A stretch of 64,000 nucleotides of DNA from Nitrosopumilus sp. (GTDB taxonomy: Archaea > Thermoproteota > Nitrososphaeria > Nitrososphaerales > Nitrosopumilaceae). The notes beneath the pieces were generated by a model. That model made no database searches. It worked only from the letters and a program-made list of their open reading frames with translations, and was not told where the DNA came from. The position numbers and the translations under genes are program-made. How positions within the stretch are numbered: the first letter of the stretch is position 1; each line of letters starts with the position of its first letter. This document shows positions 49,209 through 59,459 of this stretch, piece after piece. Where the stretch lies: contig OZ240211.1 in the NCBI GenBank assembly GCA_965197525.1, positions 1,600,001 through 1,664,000 on the forward strand. Direction: 5' to 3'.

Positions 49209-50525
49209 TTAAACCGCCAATGTTGACTTTGACATATCGACTATTTGGATTACCGTTCTGCTGGGTTCCAACATCGTTGACTCAAAAGTATCAAACTTTG
49301 CTTCACTTATGTCACCTTTACTATCCATAAACCTAGGGGACAGCTTGTTTTTTATATTTATGGGGGCTACTACATCCCTATCCATAAATAATCCACAATT
49401 ATCACACGACTTTTTACGACTGTATTGAACCTTGTCCTCTTGGAGTTTCTTTCCGCATTTTGGACAGTCCGTGCTCGTGTTTTTTGGATCTACGTTGTAT
49501 ACAGGAATACCATACCACTTGGCTTTGTACTCTACTTGTCTTTGGAATTCGTATTGTTGCCAACCGTTCATTTTACTTCTGTATTTTTTGCCTGTATTTT
49601 TGTATTTTTCATTGCCTTTGCTTTTTTTGTTTTTATTTTTTGTGTTGTTGTTTTCGTAGTTGTTTTTCTTTTTGTCTTTTGTAATATTTTTCCATTTTTT
49701 ACCTTTTGTGTTTTCTTTTGTATATCTTTTTTTTATTCCTCTTAGATCCTCTAATACTATAATTGTTTTATTTTTAACCGCTTCTTTTACAATATGATTT
49801 GATATTCTATGTGTTGATTGATTTGTTCTATTATACATTCTTTTATTTTTTTCTTCCCAAAAGTCACCTTTTACTCTACGATCATTTCTTCTAAATCCAG
49901 ATCTGGCTTGTATTGTATTTTTTTTAATTGATAATATTTTTTTAGTCTTGTAAAATACAACTTTTTTCTCATTTCCACAAGTTACATTTCTAAGGTTTCT
50001 GTCTATTCCTACTATATCAATACATTCTATTTCTTCTACTTGTTTTGATATACAAAAACTAATTGATTTATTATTCATTGAAAAAGATTGTACTTTTATA
50101 GTATCATTAGATAATATTTTTTGTGTATATTCTGCTAATAACACATTAATTGGATTTCTATTCTTATATGGAACTGTCATTAAACAACCATTATGTTTTA
50201 TGCCATAACAGTTTGTAATGAATGGTTTTTTTACAAATGGGTCTTTAACCTTAACACCTCTTTTTATTGATTGTTTTCTATTTGATAGTATACCTGCCGC
50301 CCTTGATATTGCATTTATTTTATATGAACCTAAAATATCATAGTGACGTAATTCATGATAACATAAATAAGATAATCGTTTCATATTATGTGTGTTTTCT
50401 TTTAGTCCTACTTTAATACAATAATTGACCATTTTTGTAAATATGTTCATTATTTCTTTCAAGTCTTCATTTGGTGTGTATTCTTGTTTAATTGATTTTA
50501 ATGCTTTATATTTTTTATTTTTCAT
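49209..50525 (-). CDS. tnpB: TnpB RNA-guided endonuclease, apparently intact
   Basis: RuvC-I GIDRN, RuvC-II LEDL, TSTDCPKCG and CDNCG..MDRD..A.INI motifs. Confidence 0.92.
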   Translation of the reverse strand: MKNKKYKALKSIKQEYTPNEDLKEIMNIFTKMVNYCIKVGLKENTHNMKRLSYLCYHELRHYDILGSYKINAISRAAGILSNRKQSIKRGVKVKDPFVKKPFITNCYGIKHNGCLMTVPYKNRNPINVLLAEYTQKILSNDTIKVQSFSMNNKSISFCISKQVEEIECIDIVGIDRNLRNVTCGNEKKVVFYKTKKILSIKKNTIQARSGFRRNDRRVKGDFWEEKNKRMYNRTNQSTHRISNHIVKEAVKNKTIIVLEDLRGIKKRYTKENTKGKKWKNITKDKKKNNYENNNTKNKNKKSKGNEKYKNTGKKYRSKMNGWQQYEFQRQVEYKAKWYGIPVYNVDPKNTSTDCPKCGKKLQEDKVQYSRKKSCDNCGLFMDRDVVAPINIKNKLSPRFMDSKGDISEAKFDTFESTMLEPSRTVIQIVDMSKSTLAV

Positions 50526-50550
50526 TTTATTATATTACTAAGATATTTTT

Positions 50551-50568
50551 TATTTAAACTCTTTTTTA
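50551..50568 (-). promoter_or_regulatory. BRE-TATA promoter of tnpB inside the element
   Basis: Minus strand aaaaaagag-tttaaata; the TATA box begins about 33 nt upstream of the ATG, consistent with a leaderless transcript. Confidence 0.55.
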
Positions 50569-50609
50569 GTAAATTATATCTGATAAAGTCCCGAAGATTA
50601 CACAGAACC

Positions 50610-50891
50610 TTATTCTTTAACCATTTCTACAACATTACCAATAATTGTAGTTGAAGTTAGTTTATGCTCTTTATCAGTTACTGATTGAATAAAATCAGCA
50701 AATATCTCTACTTCTTGTTCATTTTTCAGTAAAATACTATGAGCTGATTTATCTTTTAAAGAAATAATTAGTTCATTTTTTACTACGTTTAAAATTCCTA
50801 CAACATACGTCTCTTTTCCATCTTTAATGAATGTCAAACTTGCCAATTTTTGAGCTTCATATTTATCATCACATGTGATGCTAACCTTCAT
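50610..50891 (-). CDS. Hypothetical protein; its stop codon lies in the TSD
   Basis: 93-aa ORF directly downstream of trpS. Confidence 0.78.
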   Translation of the reverse strand: MKVSITCDDKYEAQKLASLTFIKDGKETYVVGILNVVKNELIISLKDKSAHSILLKNEQEVEIFADFIQSVTDKEHKLTSTTIIGNVVEMVKE

Positions 50892-50893
50892 TT

Positions 50894-52003
50894 TTATTTA
50901 TTCTCCAAAAGAAACTGTTCTATCTGTTCTTTTGCCTTTTCTCTTCTCTCTTGATGCACTGCAAGAAATTTGTTGATCTTTTCAATTAGGATGGCTTTTA
51001 TCTCACCTGAGAGTAATTTTCCTGACTTGTAGTCGTCATAAATTGTTCTCAATTTATTGTCATCTGGTTCGAAGAATATTCTTAGATACTGATAAGATAC
51101 ATCTATGTCTGGATTCCCACCAAGTTTTCTATGCTGTGTAATATCCTGCTGCCCTCCTGAGAATGCATTATTGATCTTCCTTTTTACCATATTAGGTGTA
51201 TCAGTTGTGTAAATTGTACCTTTTTGATCAGACGCTGACATCTTTCCTCCGGGTCTCTCCAATCCTGGGATCATTATATTGTGAATTAGTGCAGGTTTTT
51301 GCCTTCCAATCTTCGGTGCAATATCTCTTGTTAATCTAAAATGTGGATCTTGATCAACTCCCAATGGAATTAGAACTGGGTTATTCTCAATAAAGCATGG
51401 AGCAGACTGCAGTGATGTATAAAAGATCATTCCTAGATTCGTCTCATTCGTAAACCCAAACGTTGCTTTTGTATTTGAAAAGTTAATCTTCTTTGCCACT
51501 TGAGCTGCAATTGGATAAAGTGTTTGTATATTTTTTGTATCGATAATAATTTTTGTTTTTTCAGGTTTGAAACCTAGTGCAATAAAATCCAACGCATTCT
51601 CATATGCAAATTGTCTTGTATCTTCCAAAGTAAGATCAGGTTTTGAATAAAACTTTTCATCATCTGTTAATTGAAAATACATATTGACATCAAATTTTTC
51701 TTGTAGCCATCTTGCAAATACCCATGGTACTAGATGGCCAATATGTGTATGTCCTGAAGGCCCTCTTCCTGTATATAAAAAGAATTTACTACCTTTCTCG
51801 TATTCATCAATGATTCTATTCAACTCTCTGTGAGAAAAAAATACGCCTCTTTTGAGCATAAAATGGCCTTCTCCTGTAATTTTATTGATTCTTTTTAGTA
51901 GATCTGGCGATATTTTTTCAGTACCAAACCTTTTGATTAGTTTATCATAGTCAATATCGCCCTCAACGTGCCAAGGCGTAACAATAAAATCATCTGACGG
52001 CAT
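50894..52003 (-). CDS. trpS: Tryptophan--tRNA ligase
   Basis: YTGRGPS..THIGH, DQDPHFR and KMSAS motifs. Confidence 0.98.
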   Translation of the reverse strand: MPSDDFIVTPWHVEGDIDYDKLIKRFGTEKISPDLLKRINKITGEGHFMLKRGVFFSHRELNRIIDEYEKGSKFFLYTGRGPSGHTHIGHLVPWVFARWLQEKFDVNMYFQLTDDEKFYSKPDLTLEDTRQFAYENALDFIALGFKPEKTKIIIDTKNIQTLYPIAAQVAKKINFSNTKATFGFTNETNLGMIFYTSLQSAPCFIENNPVLIPLGVDQDPHFRLTRDIAPKIGRQKPALIHNIMIPGLERPGGKMSASDQKGTIYTTDTPNMVKRKINNAFSGGQQDITQHRKLGGNPDIDVSYQYLRIFFEPDDNKLRTIYDDYKSGKLLSGEIKAILIEKINKFLAVHQERREKAKEQIEQFLLENK

Positions 52004-52048
52004 TTATCTTGACTTGGGTTAAGGTTTAAAAAGTCTTTTTCAGATTCT

Positions 52049-53446
52049 TTGCTATTGCCGCAAGTTTTTCATGAAATTGAAAAAAAAATCATCACCTCCC
52101 TACGAGCAAATCAAGAGCAAACCCCGGATCAATTAGAATCATCTACTGGATTCTCTGCTGATCAAATTAGACGAGGTATTGAATGGCTAAAACTAAAGGA
52201 TTTAGCAGATGTAACTGAGACTACAACAAAGAAATTACGTTTAGGTAAAAACGGTCTTGAATCCTTTCAAAAAGGACTACCTGAAAGAAGGTTATTGCGT
52301 TTACTTGAGAATGGACCAAAAACTTTATCTGATTTACAACGAGAACTAGGTTCTGTATTTGGCCCATCAATTGGATTATCTAGAAAGAATAACTGGATTA
52401 CTACATCCTCTTCCTCCTCTAATCAAGTTTCTCTGACCGACCCTCCTTTGGTTCTTCCGGGCGAGCAAGCCCTTAAACACATTGGAGAAGGTTCTCTGGA
52501 AAAAATTAGTAGCGATGATCTCTCAGTCCTCTTACAAAGACCGGATTTCGTTATTGAGGATATCCTAACGACTAAAAAGATTACCTTGTCTAAAGCGGGA
52601 AAACTAGTACAGCTCTCTGATTCTTCTGGCGAGATTGATGTTGAAGCAAAGGTTCCAGAAATTTTCATTGCAAGAACTCATCCATTAAAAGATATCATTG
52701 ATGAGATTCGTGAAATATTCGTTACATTGGGTTTTTCAGAAGTTTTCGGAAATCTCACTCAATCAAGCTTTTGGAATTTTGATGCTTTGTTTACTCCTCA
52801 AGATCATCCTGCAAGAGAGTTACAAGACACGTTTTATCTAGATGGACTCTATGATAAAAAAATCGCAACTACGCAGCAGATTAAAAATGTCTCTGACTCT
52901 CACAAGTCTCATTGGCATTATTTGTGGGATGTTAACGAAGCTCAAAAAATGGTTTTACGAACTCATACTACCTGTGTTACGATTAAACATCTATCTGAAT
53001 CCAAATCTGATGAAGCACGAATCTTCTCACTAGGACGCGTATTTCGTAATGAAAAGGTTAGCTACAAACATCTTGTAGAGTTTAATCAGATTGAAGGCGT
53101 TGTCATTGGAAAAGATGCATCCTTGCGGAATTTAATGGGTATACAGAGAGAGTTTTACAAACGAATTGGGATCACTAAAATAAAATTTTGGCCTACATTC
53201 TTTCCTTATACTGAACCATCTCTTCAGACAATGGTTTACAACGAATCATTGGGAAAATGGATTGAGCTATTTGGAATGGGTATATTCAGACCTGAGGTAA
53301 CCAAACCTCTTGGTATCACCAAACCTGTTTTAGCTTGGGGTGGAGGCATTGAAAGAATCGCCATGCTCAAATACGGTCTTAATGATGTACGAGAGTTTTA
53401 TAACAATAATCTTGATTGGTTGAGGAGTGCAACAAAATGCCAGTAG
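52049..53446 (+). CDS. pheS: Phenylalanine--tRNA ligase alpha subunit
   Basis: QDHPARELQDTF, RTHTT, FPYTEPS and GIER motifs. Confidence 0.98.
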   Translation: MLLPQVFHEIEKKIITSLRANQEQTPDQLESSTGFSADQIRRGIEWLKLKDLADVTETTTKKLRLGKNGLESFQKGLPERRLLRLLENGPKTLSDLQRELGSVFGPSIGLSRKNNWITTSSSSSNQVSLTDPPLVLPGEQALKHIGEGSLEKISSDDLSVLLQRPDFVIEDILTTKKITLSKAGKLVQLSDSSGEIDVEAKVPEIFIARTHPLKDIIDEIREIFVTLGFSEVFGNLTQSSFWNFDALFTPQDHPARELQDTFYLDGLYDKKIATTQQIKNVSDSHKSHWHYLWDVNEAQKMVLRTHTTCVTIKHLSESKSDEARIFSLGRVFRNEKVSYKHLVEFNQIEGVVIGKDASLRNLMGIQREFYKRIGITKIKFWPTFFPYTEPSLQTMVYNESLGKWIELFGMGIFRPEVTKPLGITKPVLAWGGGIERIAMLKYGLNDVREFYNNNLDWLRSATKCQ

Positions 53447-55116
53447 TTACACTATCTTACGATATTCTTTTAGATTTAATCTATGGTCCTAAATCCTCTA
53501 GAGACGTTTCCAATGACGCCAAGCGCAAGCAAGACATTTCTGATACGTTGCCATTTCTTGGATTGGATATTGAATCTGATGACAAGTCTGACAATGTTCG
53601 AATCGAATACAGCCCAAACAGACCTGATTATTCAGTAGAATACGGTGTTGCACTTGGTTTACAAGGACTACTTGGTATTAAAACCGGTTTAGTCAAGTTT
53701 GATATTAAACAATATGACAAATATTCGATATCAGTTAACCCTAACATATCTCCCATCCGTCCTTTTATCACTAGTATAGTTGCAAAGAATGGAATAGTCG
53801 ATGATAGGTTAATTGAACAGTTAATGGCCATGCAAGAAGATCTTCATCTCGGACTTGGACGAAGAAGAAAAAAGTTATCTATTGGAATTCACGACTTGAA
53901 CAAGATCTCTTTCCCTCTAGTCTATGCTGCAACTACCAAAGATCACAAATTCGTACCGCTACACTCTCAAGAAGAACTTACAATCTCTGAAATTCTAACT
54001 GATACAAAAATAGGAATCGAACATGCTTCTATTTTGGGGCAATCACCGCTAGTACCTATAATTCTAGATGCAAATCAAAACACAGTTTCATTTCCTCCAA
54101 TAATTAATGGTACAGTTACAACTGTAACTCCTGCAACGAAAGATCTCTTCGTTGATATAACTGGAATGACTAAAAAAGACATTGAGGATGCATTATCAAT
54201 CATTTCCATTATCTTGCAAACTGCAGGATTTACTTTGGAATCAGTTGAGATATCGGGAGCTGGAAACTCTACTCCAAAATTTGAACAAAGAATGATGACT
54301 GTTGATGTTAAAACTATTAATGAAACTCTCGGACTGAGTCTTGATGCTGAAAAGATTCTCTCTTGTTTGCAAAAATCTCGATTAGATGCGTCATCTCAAG
54401 GGGCCGATATTGTTTGTACAATTCCTGCATACCGGTTTGATATCTTTGGACCCATGGATCTAGTTGAAGAGGTTGCTTTGGGGTATGGGATTAATAATCT
54501 TGAGCCCGTACTACTTCCATCCCAAACTCTTGGTCAAGCAAATCCTGTATCGATACAGCTACGATCTCTTGATAGAATAATGACTGGACTTGGATACTTG
54601 GAGGCTCTGAATTCAAGTCTTACTAGTAAACGAGTTCTCTATGATATGGTTAATTGTGATGATTCCAACCTTGTCTCTGTACTTGATTCAAAGAGCAAAG
54701 AACATACCATACTACGTGATTCATTGTTACCTGGGCTGTTGGAGAATTTGTCAAGAAACATTCACGAACAATACCCTCAAAAAATGTTTGAAACTGGTAC
54801 GGTCTTTATTGTTGATAATGCAATCAATGAAAAAATCCACTTCTCTTGTATCAGTGCTCACAAAGATGCACATTTTACTGAAATCAAATCTGTCTTACAA
54901 TCTGCACTAAATATTGGATTTGGAATTAAAGTTGAAACAAAGACCATGTCGCATTCTATCTTTGAGAAAGGTCATTGTGCTGACATCGTTTTCAATGGCA
55001 GGTCCATTGGTATTATTGGAAAAATTGATTCAAAGATTATCGAAAGCTATAGAATTCGTGTACCTGTTGTAGGTTTTGAAATATCTTTATCTGATTCCGT
55101 CTTGGATAATCTTTGA
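53437..55116 (+). CDS. pheT: Phenylalanine--tRNA ligase beta subunit
   Basis: NRPD, SIGIHDL, SFPPIIN and D.VEEVA..YG motifs. Confidence 0.97.
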   Translation: MPVVTLSYDILLDLIYGPKSSRDVSNDAKRKQDISDTLPFLGLDIESDDKSDNVRIEYSPNRPDYSVEYGVALGLQGLLGIKTGLVKFDIKQYDKYSISVNPNISPIRPFITSIVAKNGIVDDRLIEQLMAMQEDLHLGLGRRRKKLSIGIHDLNKISFPLVYAATTKDHKFVPLHSQEELTISEILTDTKIGIEHASILGQSPLVPIILDANQNTVSFPPIINGTVTTVTPATKDLFVDITGMTKKDIEDALSIISIILQTAGFTLESVEISGAGNSTPKFEQRMMTVDVKTINETLGLSLDAEKILSCLQKSRLDASSQGADIVCTIPAYRFDIFGPMDLVEEVALGYGINNLEPVLLPSQTLGQANPVSIQLRSLDRIMTGLGYLEALNSSLTSKRVLYDMVNCDDSNLVSVLDSKSKEHTILRDSLLPGLLENLSRNIHEQYPQKMFETGTVFIVDNAINEKIHFSCISAHKDAHFTEIKSVLQSALNIGFGIKVETKTMSHSIFEKGHCADIVFNGRSIGIIGKIDSKIIESYRIRVPVVGFEISLSDSVLDNL

Positions 55117-55777
55117 TCTCTATTCGTATCATAAATATATGTACATATTTATCTATTATTTGTTTTTGACTTGAAATATTATATTAAGAATCTTGACTAA
55201 TATTATATTACATGGATTTTAATAATGCAAGAAAATTTTGTACTAGGTTTGATACTGGTTGTCAATAATATGAGTATTATCATCATCATCAGATGTTCGA
55301 TGAGCAAAAAACTGCTCTGCTGACTGCTAATTTGTAATACAACAACTCGACAAAAATATAACAATCGCGTAAAAACAAAGTCGTAATTTTTTATAAAACA
55401 AGATTAATACTTTTTTTTATTAGTTTATCATCTTTTTGATAATTTCTATCATGTACAGGTATGGTACGTTATAAACAATCTTTGGTATCTTGCCATGATT
55501 TTTTTATATGTGATATGATAGACGATAAATGGTTTTTAGTAGGATAGTTTTACCATTAAATGCCCAAGAGCAAGCATGCAGACGGATTAGGATGATGGTA
55601 ACGATCGTCATGATGTAGATGATTTCTAATTCACCCAGGCATGCTACATTATGGGCAACCCCGATTAGAAAACCCAAGGAGGTTTTGGCTAAAATACCGA
55701 TGAGATTGTGCGAGTCAGAATCGGGGAACATCACTTACTTTAAAAACCATATGCGCTGACTGTAACACAGAGTTAAG

Positions 55778-56197
55778 ATGGTAAACTACTGGCTGGCAAA
55801 ACAGGAACCTAGCGGTCCACGAGGCTATGACTTTGAGCAACTAAAAAAAGACAAAACGACTGTATGGGACGGGGTTCATAACAACTTGGCATTAAAGCAT
55901 ATGAGGGAGATGCAGCCTGGAGATCTGGTCTTCTTTTATCATACAGGTGATCAAAGACAGATAGTAGGAATCATGCAGGTTACCTCTAAACCTTACCCAA
56001 ATCCCAAAGAAGACGTAAAACGATTCATTGTAGTGGATGTAAAATATAAAAAATCCTTAAAACGGTCTGTAACCCTTGATGAAATAAAAAATGATGCTCA
56101 GTTTAGTGATTGGGATCTTGTAAAAATCTCAAGATTATCAGTAATGCCAGTGCCTAAACCTATTTGGAATACGATTTTAACTATATCTCAAAATTAA
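55778..56197 (+). CDS. EVE domain protein
   Basis: YWLAKQEP, WDGV.N..A, GD..FFYH and SRLSV motifs. Confidence 0.92.
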   Translation: MVNYWLAKQEPSGPRGYDFEQLKKDKTTVWDGVHNNLALKHMREMQPGDLVFFYHTGDQRQIVGIMQVTSKPYPNPKEDVKRFIVVDVKYKKSLKRSVTLDEIKNDAQFSDWDLVKISRLSVMPVPKPIWNTILTISQN

Positions 56198-56240
56198 TTG
56201 CGATCGCTTTATTGATATAGCCGGTTTATTTAATTGATTT

Positions 56241-56480
56241 ATGGCAACAGCTTATGTTTTAATAAACTGTGAACTGGGTTCTGAGGAAGCTATTATTCAG
56301 CAGCTAAAGGGCTTGGAAGGTGTTAAAGAAGTTCATGGAACTTTTGGTGCATACGATATTTTGGCCAAGATCGAATCTGATACCGTTGAAAAACTTAGAG
56401 AAACAATTACTTGGAAGATTAGAAAAATCGAAAAGATTCGTTCAACTCTAACCTTGATGGGTATTGAAGGCCAAACATAA
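56241..56480 (+). CDS. Lrp/AsnC ligand-binding-domain protein
   Basis: AYVLINCELG and GTFGAYDILAK motifs. Confidence 0.9.
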   Translation: MATAYVLINCELGSEEAIIQQLKGLEGVKEVHGTFGAYDILAKIESDTVEKLRETITWKIRKIEKIRSTLTLMGIEGQT

Positions 56481-56495
56481 CCTTTTTTTCTTATT

Positions 56496-57062
56496 ATGAT
56501 CCTACACTTTATTTTTGTTGTAAAGCAAGAAGATCGTCTGAGGCGAAAATTTGAGTTCGAGTATGTCAAAAAAATGAGCCAATTTTTTAAAAGTTGGATT
56601 AAAGACAAGTTTGACTTGGATTACGAAATTAAATGTGATGAAATGATCACAACTCCGAGGAGTATTTTACAACGTCTTGATACTTATACCTTATTACGTG
56701 ATCATCAACAAAGAGGCAAGGACATTTATCATTTCTATCTTACACATTTCAGACCTTGGTGGACTGATTGTACTTGTGAGGGGTACCATGCTGAAAACTT
56801 TGGAATGATACTGTGGCAAGCTCCAAAGGGATCTGATGATACCTTGTTTCTTGCAGAAAAAAATTGCACTACCGTATCTCACGAACTACTTCACGAGTTA
56901 TTAAGAATTACCGGCCACAAAAAATTTATCCAAACAGTTCATGATGTATGGACTAGACATCTATTTGAACAACTAGAGTTTGAACAGTACGGTGTCGATT
57001 TTAAAAAGACGGATGACAAACCTCTGTTTTTAACAATGAATACCGAACAGTTGCATATGTAA
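56496..57062 (+). CDS. Hypothetical protein with an HExxH motif
   Basis: VSHELLHELL motif. Confidence 0.78.
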   Translation: MILHFIFVVKQEDRLRRKFEFEYVKKMSQFFKSWIKDKFDLDYEIKCDEMITTPRSILQRLDTYTLLRDHQQRGKDIYHFYLTHFRPWWTDCTCEGYHAENFGMILWQAPKGSDDTLFLAEKNCTTVSHELLHELLRITGHKKFIQTVHDVWTRHLFEQLEFEQYGVDFKKTDDKPLFLTMNTEQLHM

Positions 57063-57068
57063 TAATTT

Positions 57069-57701
57069 TTAACACTTTGTTACTGAATAGATATTGTTCT
57101 CAAAGTTCACTGTTTTGAAATCTAATCTGTTCTCAGGATCGTCAGGTCTTGACTTACTTAGTCTCTCTAATTCTACTAATGCATCTCCTCTGAATCCTAC
57201 CGAAGAACCATAAATTCCATCAGTTAGCATTGTTCCATGATCTCCTCTTTTAATATCATCAACCAAATCATAAAATCTAGCTAATTCTTTTTTATTTACA
57301 GGGTTTCCGGTTGCTTTGTTGTATGCAATTGCAGTATACATCCCGTTGTTTTTTATTGCTATTGGAATTTTATGGTTTTTATCTGAGATTCCTGGAACTA
57401 GATCATTAATTATAACCTCGCATTTGTGGTACATACTTGAAACATATGCAAAGAATCGATACTGGGCGTATTTGCCGGCAGCATCTTCTTCACAGTTGAC
57501 GAAGATCTTGTGTAATAGTTCCAAAGCATCGTCGTTCATACTTTGTAGTCTGTCATCAATTCTGCCTCTTTCAAGTAATTCTGATTTGCACTCTTTGGCA
57601 ACTAAAACAAGGATGAAATCTGGTAAATTATAATTTTTAAGTGCTGCTACAAATGCCCCTGCTTGTGACATGCCAAATTTTGGAAATCCTTTATTGACCA
57701 T
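57069..57701 (-). CDS. Hypothetical protein
   Basis: 210-aa ORF, convergent with the HExxH gene. Confidence 0.78.
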   Translation of the reverse strand: MVNKGFPKFGMSQAGAFVAALKNYNLPDFILVLVAKECKSELLERGRIDDRLQSMNDDALELLHKIFVNCEEDAAGKYAQYRFFAYVSSMYHKCEVIINDLVPGISDKNHKIPIAIKNNGMYTAIAYNKATGNPVNKKELARFYDLVDDIKRGDHGTMLTDGIYGSSVGFRGDALVELERLSKSRPDDPENRLDFKTVNFENNIYSVTKC

Positions 57702-58775
57702 GATGGCTATCTCCTAATTTTGATAAATTATAATTCTTTGGCATTGCCTTTGAAATAGTGTATTGATCTTATAATTGTTGAGAATTTTTATAAATTATTT
57801 ACAAAGACATCTGTCATCGATACATATTGTATTGTTGGGACTCAAGCCAACTATGTTCAATCATGAAATTACGTTCTCTTTCTTCTCCTTTGGAATCATA
57901 CCTAGTCATAATCAGGCATTAAGTGTATATAGTATCTCGTAAACAGAATTTACTTTTCAAGAGCATCTTAACGACAGTGTAGTGTAAAATAATTAAAATG
58001 GTAGTTTTTTGAATACCTGTGATTAAAAATGGTGCCACTAGTTAACATATGCCATTATTACAATCATCTTGTTTGCAACATGATTTAATACAATAGTATG
58101 ATTACTTTCATGTCTTTGTTTGATTCACTTGTAAATGGTTTTCATCATGTTATTATGATGTATAGCAATATTGACTATCTGAATTATGTTACAATCCGTT
58201 CTTCTGTCTGAATCTTTTTTCATTCTTTCATTGGTGCAACAAATACAAAAGGCACCGAAAATGCGGTCGAATAGTTTGCATATGGTAAGGGAATGGTAAG
58301 AGAGATGCAATTTCAAACCATTTCATAAACTCTAGAAATGATTGCAGAGTTTACTTTGGTCATAAAAAACAAGATGCAATAAAATCTTTACAATTCCCAC
58401 AAATTTAAACAAACAATGTTCAAGCGTTTGACTAGAACTGTTGTTACCGTTGAGTGGTATAGACTGTATTCAGGAATTATGAGACCAAGCGATCACTAAT
58501 CACTAGTAAAAAAGAATCAGTACGCGTATTGTTATTATTTTTTCTACTATTTCTGGACAATATATGTACACTTGTATTGTTTTTGTATGAAGAGATAAAG
58601 TCTATCAATCCTAATATATGCATTATTGGTAGAGTGTCTTATCTTGTTAGTTTACGAATCTGGTACTCGGACAATATTTTGACTGTGATCTTCGTTTTAT
58701 ACAAAACATTTTCTTTGTTTCATGTGTCTAAAATAACACCCAACAGTTCCCTAACTACACACCAAGTGACAAGTT

Positions 58776-59099
58776 TTAACAAGCAGGAATTGATTCTCGT
58801 ATCGCTTTCTTCATAGATTGCTTCCCAAGCTCGTTATCTAGATCTTTGAACTTTTGGATAAGTGTGGAATCTGGATTTAATGCATACAGTTGTGCCTTAC
58901 CATACTTTCTTGTAGTTTTTAGATATTCAAATTCTAAAATTCCATCCCAGACTTTGTAAAATGTAGTTTTAGAAATACCTGTGTACTCTATAATCTCTTT
59001 TTTAGAATAGTCACTCTCTTTATTATCCAGAAAAAAGTCTATTATTCTGAGTTTAGGAGTGTCTCCCATATACTGTATGAGTAGTGATTGGTCTTTCAT
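58776..59099 (-). CDS. Winged-helix DNA-binding protein
   Basis: TPKLRIIDFF...YSKKEIIEYTGISKTTFY...YG.AQLY.LN pattern. Confidence 0.8.
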   Translation of the reverse strand: MKDQSLLIQYMGDTPKLRIIDFFLDNKESDYSKKEIIEYTGISKTTFYKVWDGILEFEYLKTTRKYGKAQLYALNPDSTLIQKFKDLDNELGKQSMKKAIRESIPAC

Positions 59100-59161
59100 A
59101 GCAATACTATGATTTTAAATATATTTAAATGTGAACCAACAAAGGTACTATAAGTGAACAC

Positions 59162-59431
59162 ATGCTAACAGATGATGAAATTAAAGGTAGAATCATACGA
59201 AAACTCTTCAGACGTGGAAATTGGGGTGCTAGTCACGCCTCGTTTGAGAATCTCAAGAAAGGATTCACACAAAGAGATACTGGAAAACAGGGTTCCAAAA
59301 AAGTAGACAAAATGGGAGAATCTCTGATCAAAGAGAATTTAATTTTATCAAAACCCACAGGATATGGATTAGAAATCAGTTTGAATCCAAAAATGATTGA
59401 CAGGATTCAAGAATATTTGGATGATCAATGA
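59162..59431 (+). CDS. Small basic hypothetical protein, divergent from the wHTH gene
   Basis: 89 aa with W.ASH.SFENL.KG and GYG.EISLNP motifs. Confidence 0.72.
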   Translation: MLTDDEIKGRIIRKLFRRGNWGASHASFENLKKGFTQRDTGKQGSKKVDKMGESLIKENLILSKPTGYGLEISLNPKMIDRIQEYLDDQ

Positions 59432-59459
59432 TTTGCTTGATAAAAAAACTAGCCAATAA

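Larger units (their letters stand above)
49168..50609 (-). mobile_element. 1,442-bp TIR/TSD-bounded non-autonomous element carrying only tnpB
   Basis: TIRs ggttctgtgtaaacatcgggactt and ggttctgtgtaatcttcgggactt match at 22/24 positions. TTATTCTT flanks both sides (49160-49167 and 50610-50617). Confidence 0.92.

Noticed and set aside
49209-50525. Cas12f/Cas14 CRISPR effector
   Set aside because: No CRISPR array or cas1/cas2 nearby; the protein lies within transposon-like ends, so TnpB is the better call.
55504-55734. 76-aa ORF as a gene
   Set aside because: No recognisable motif and it lies in a decayed spacer; cannot be supported without homology data.
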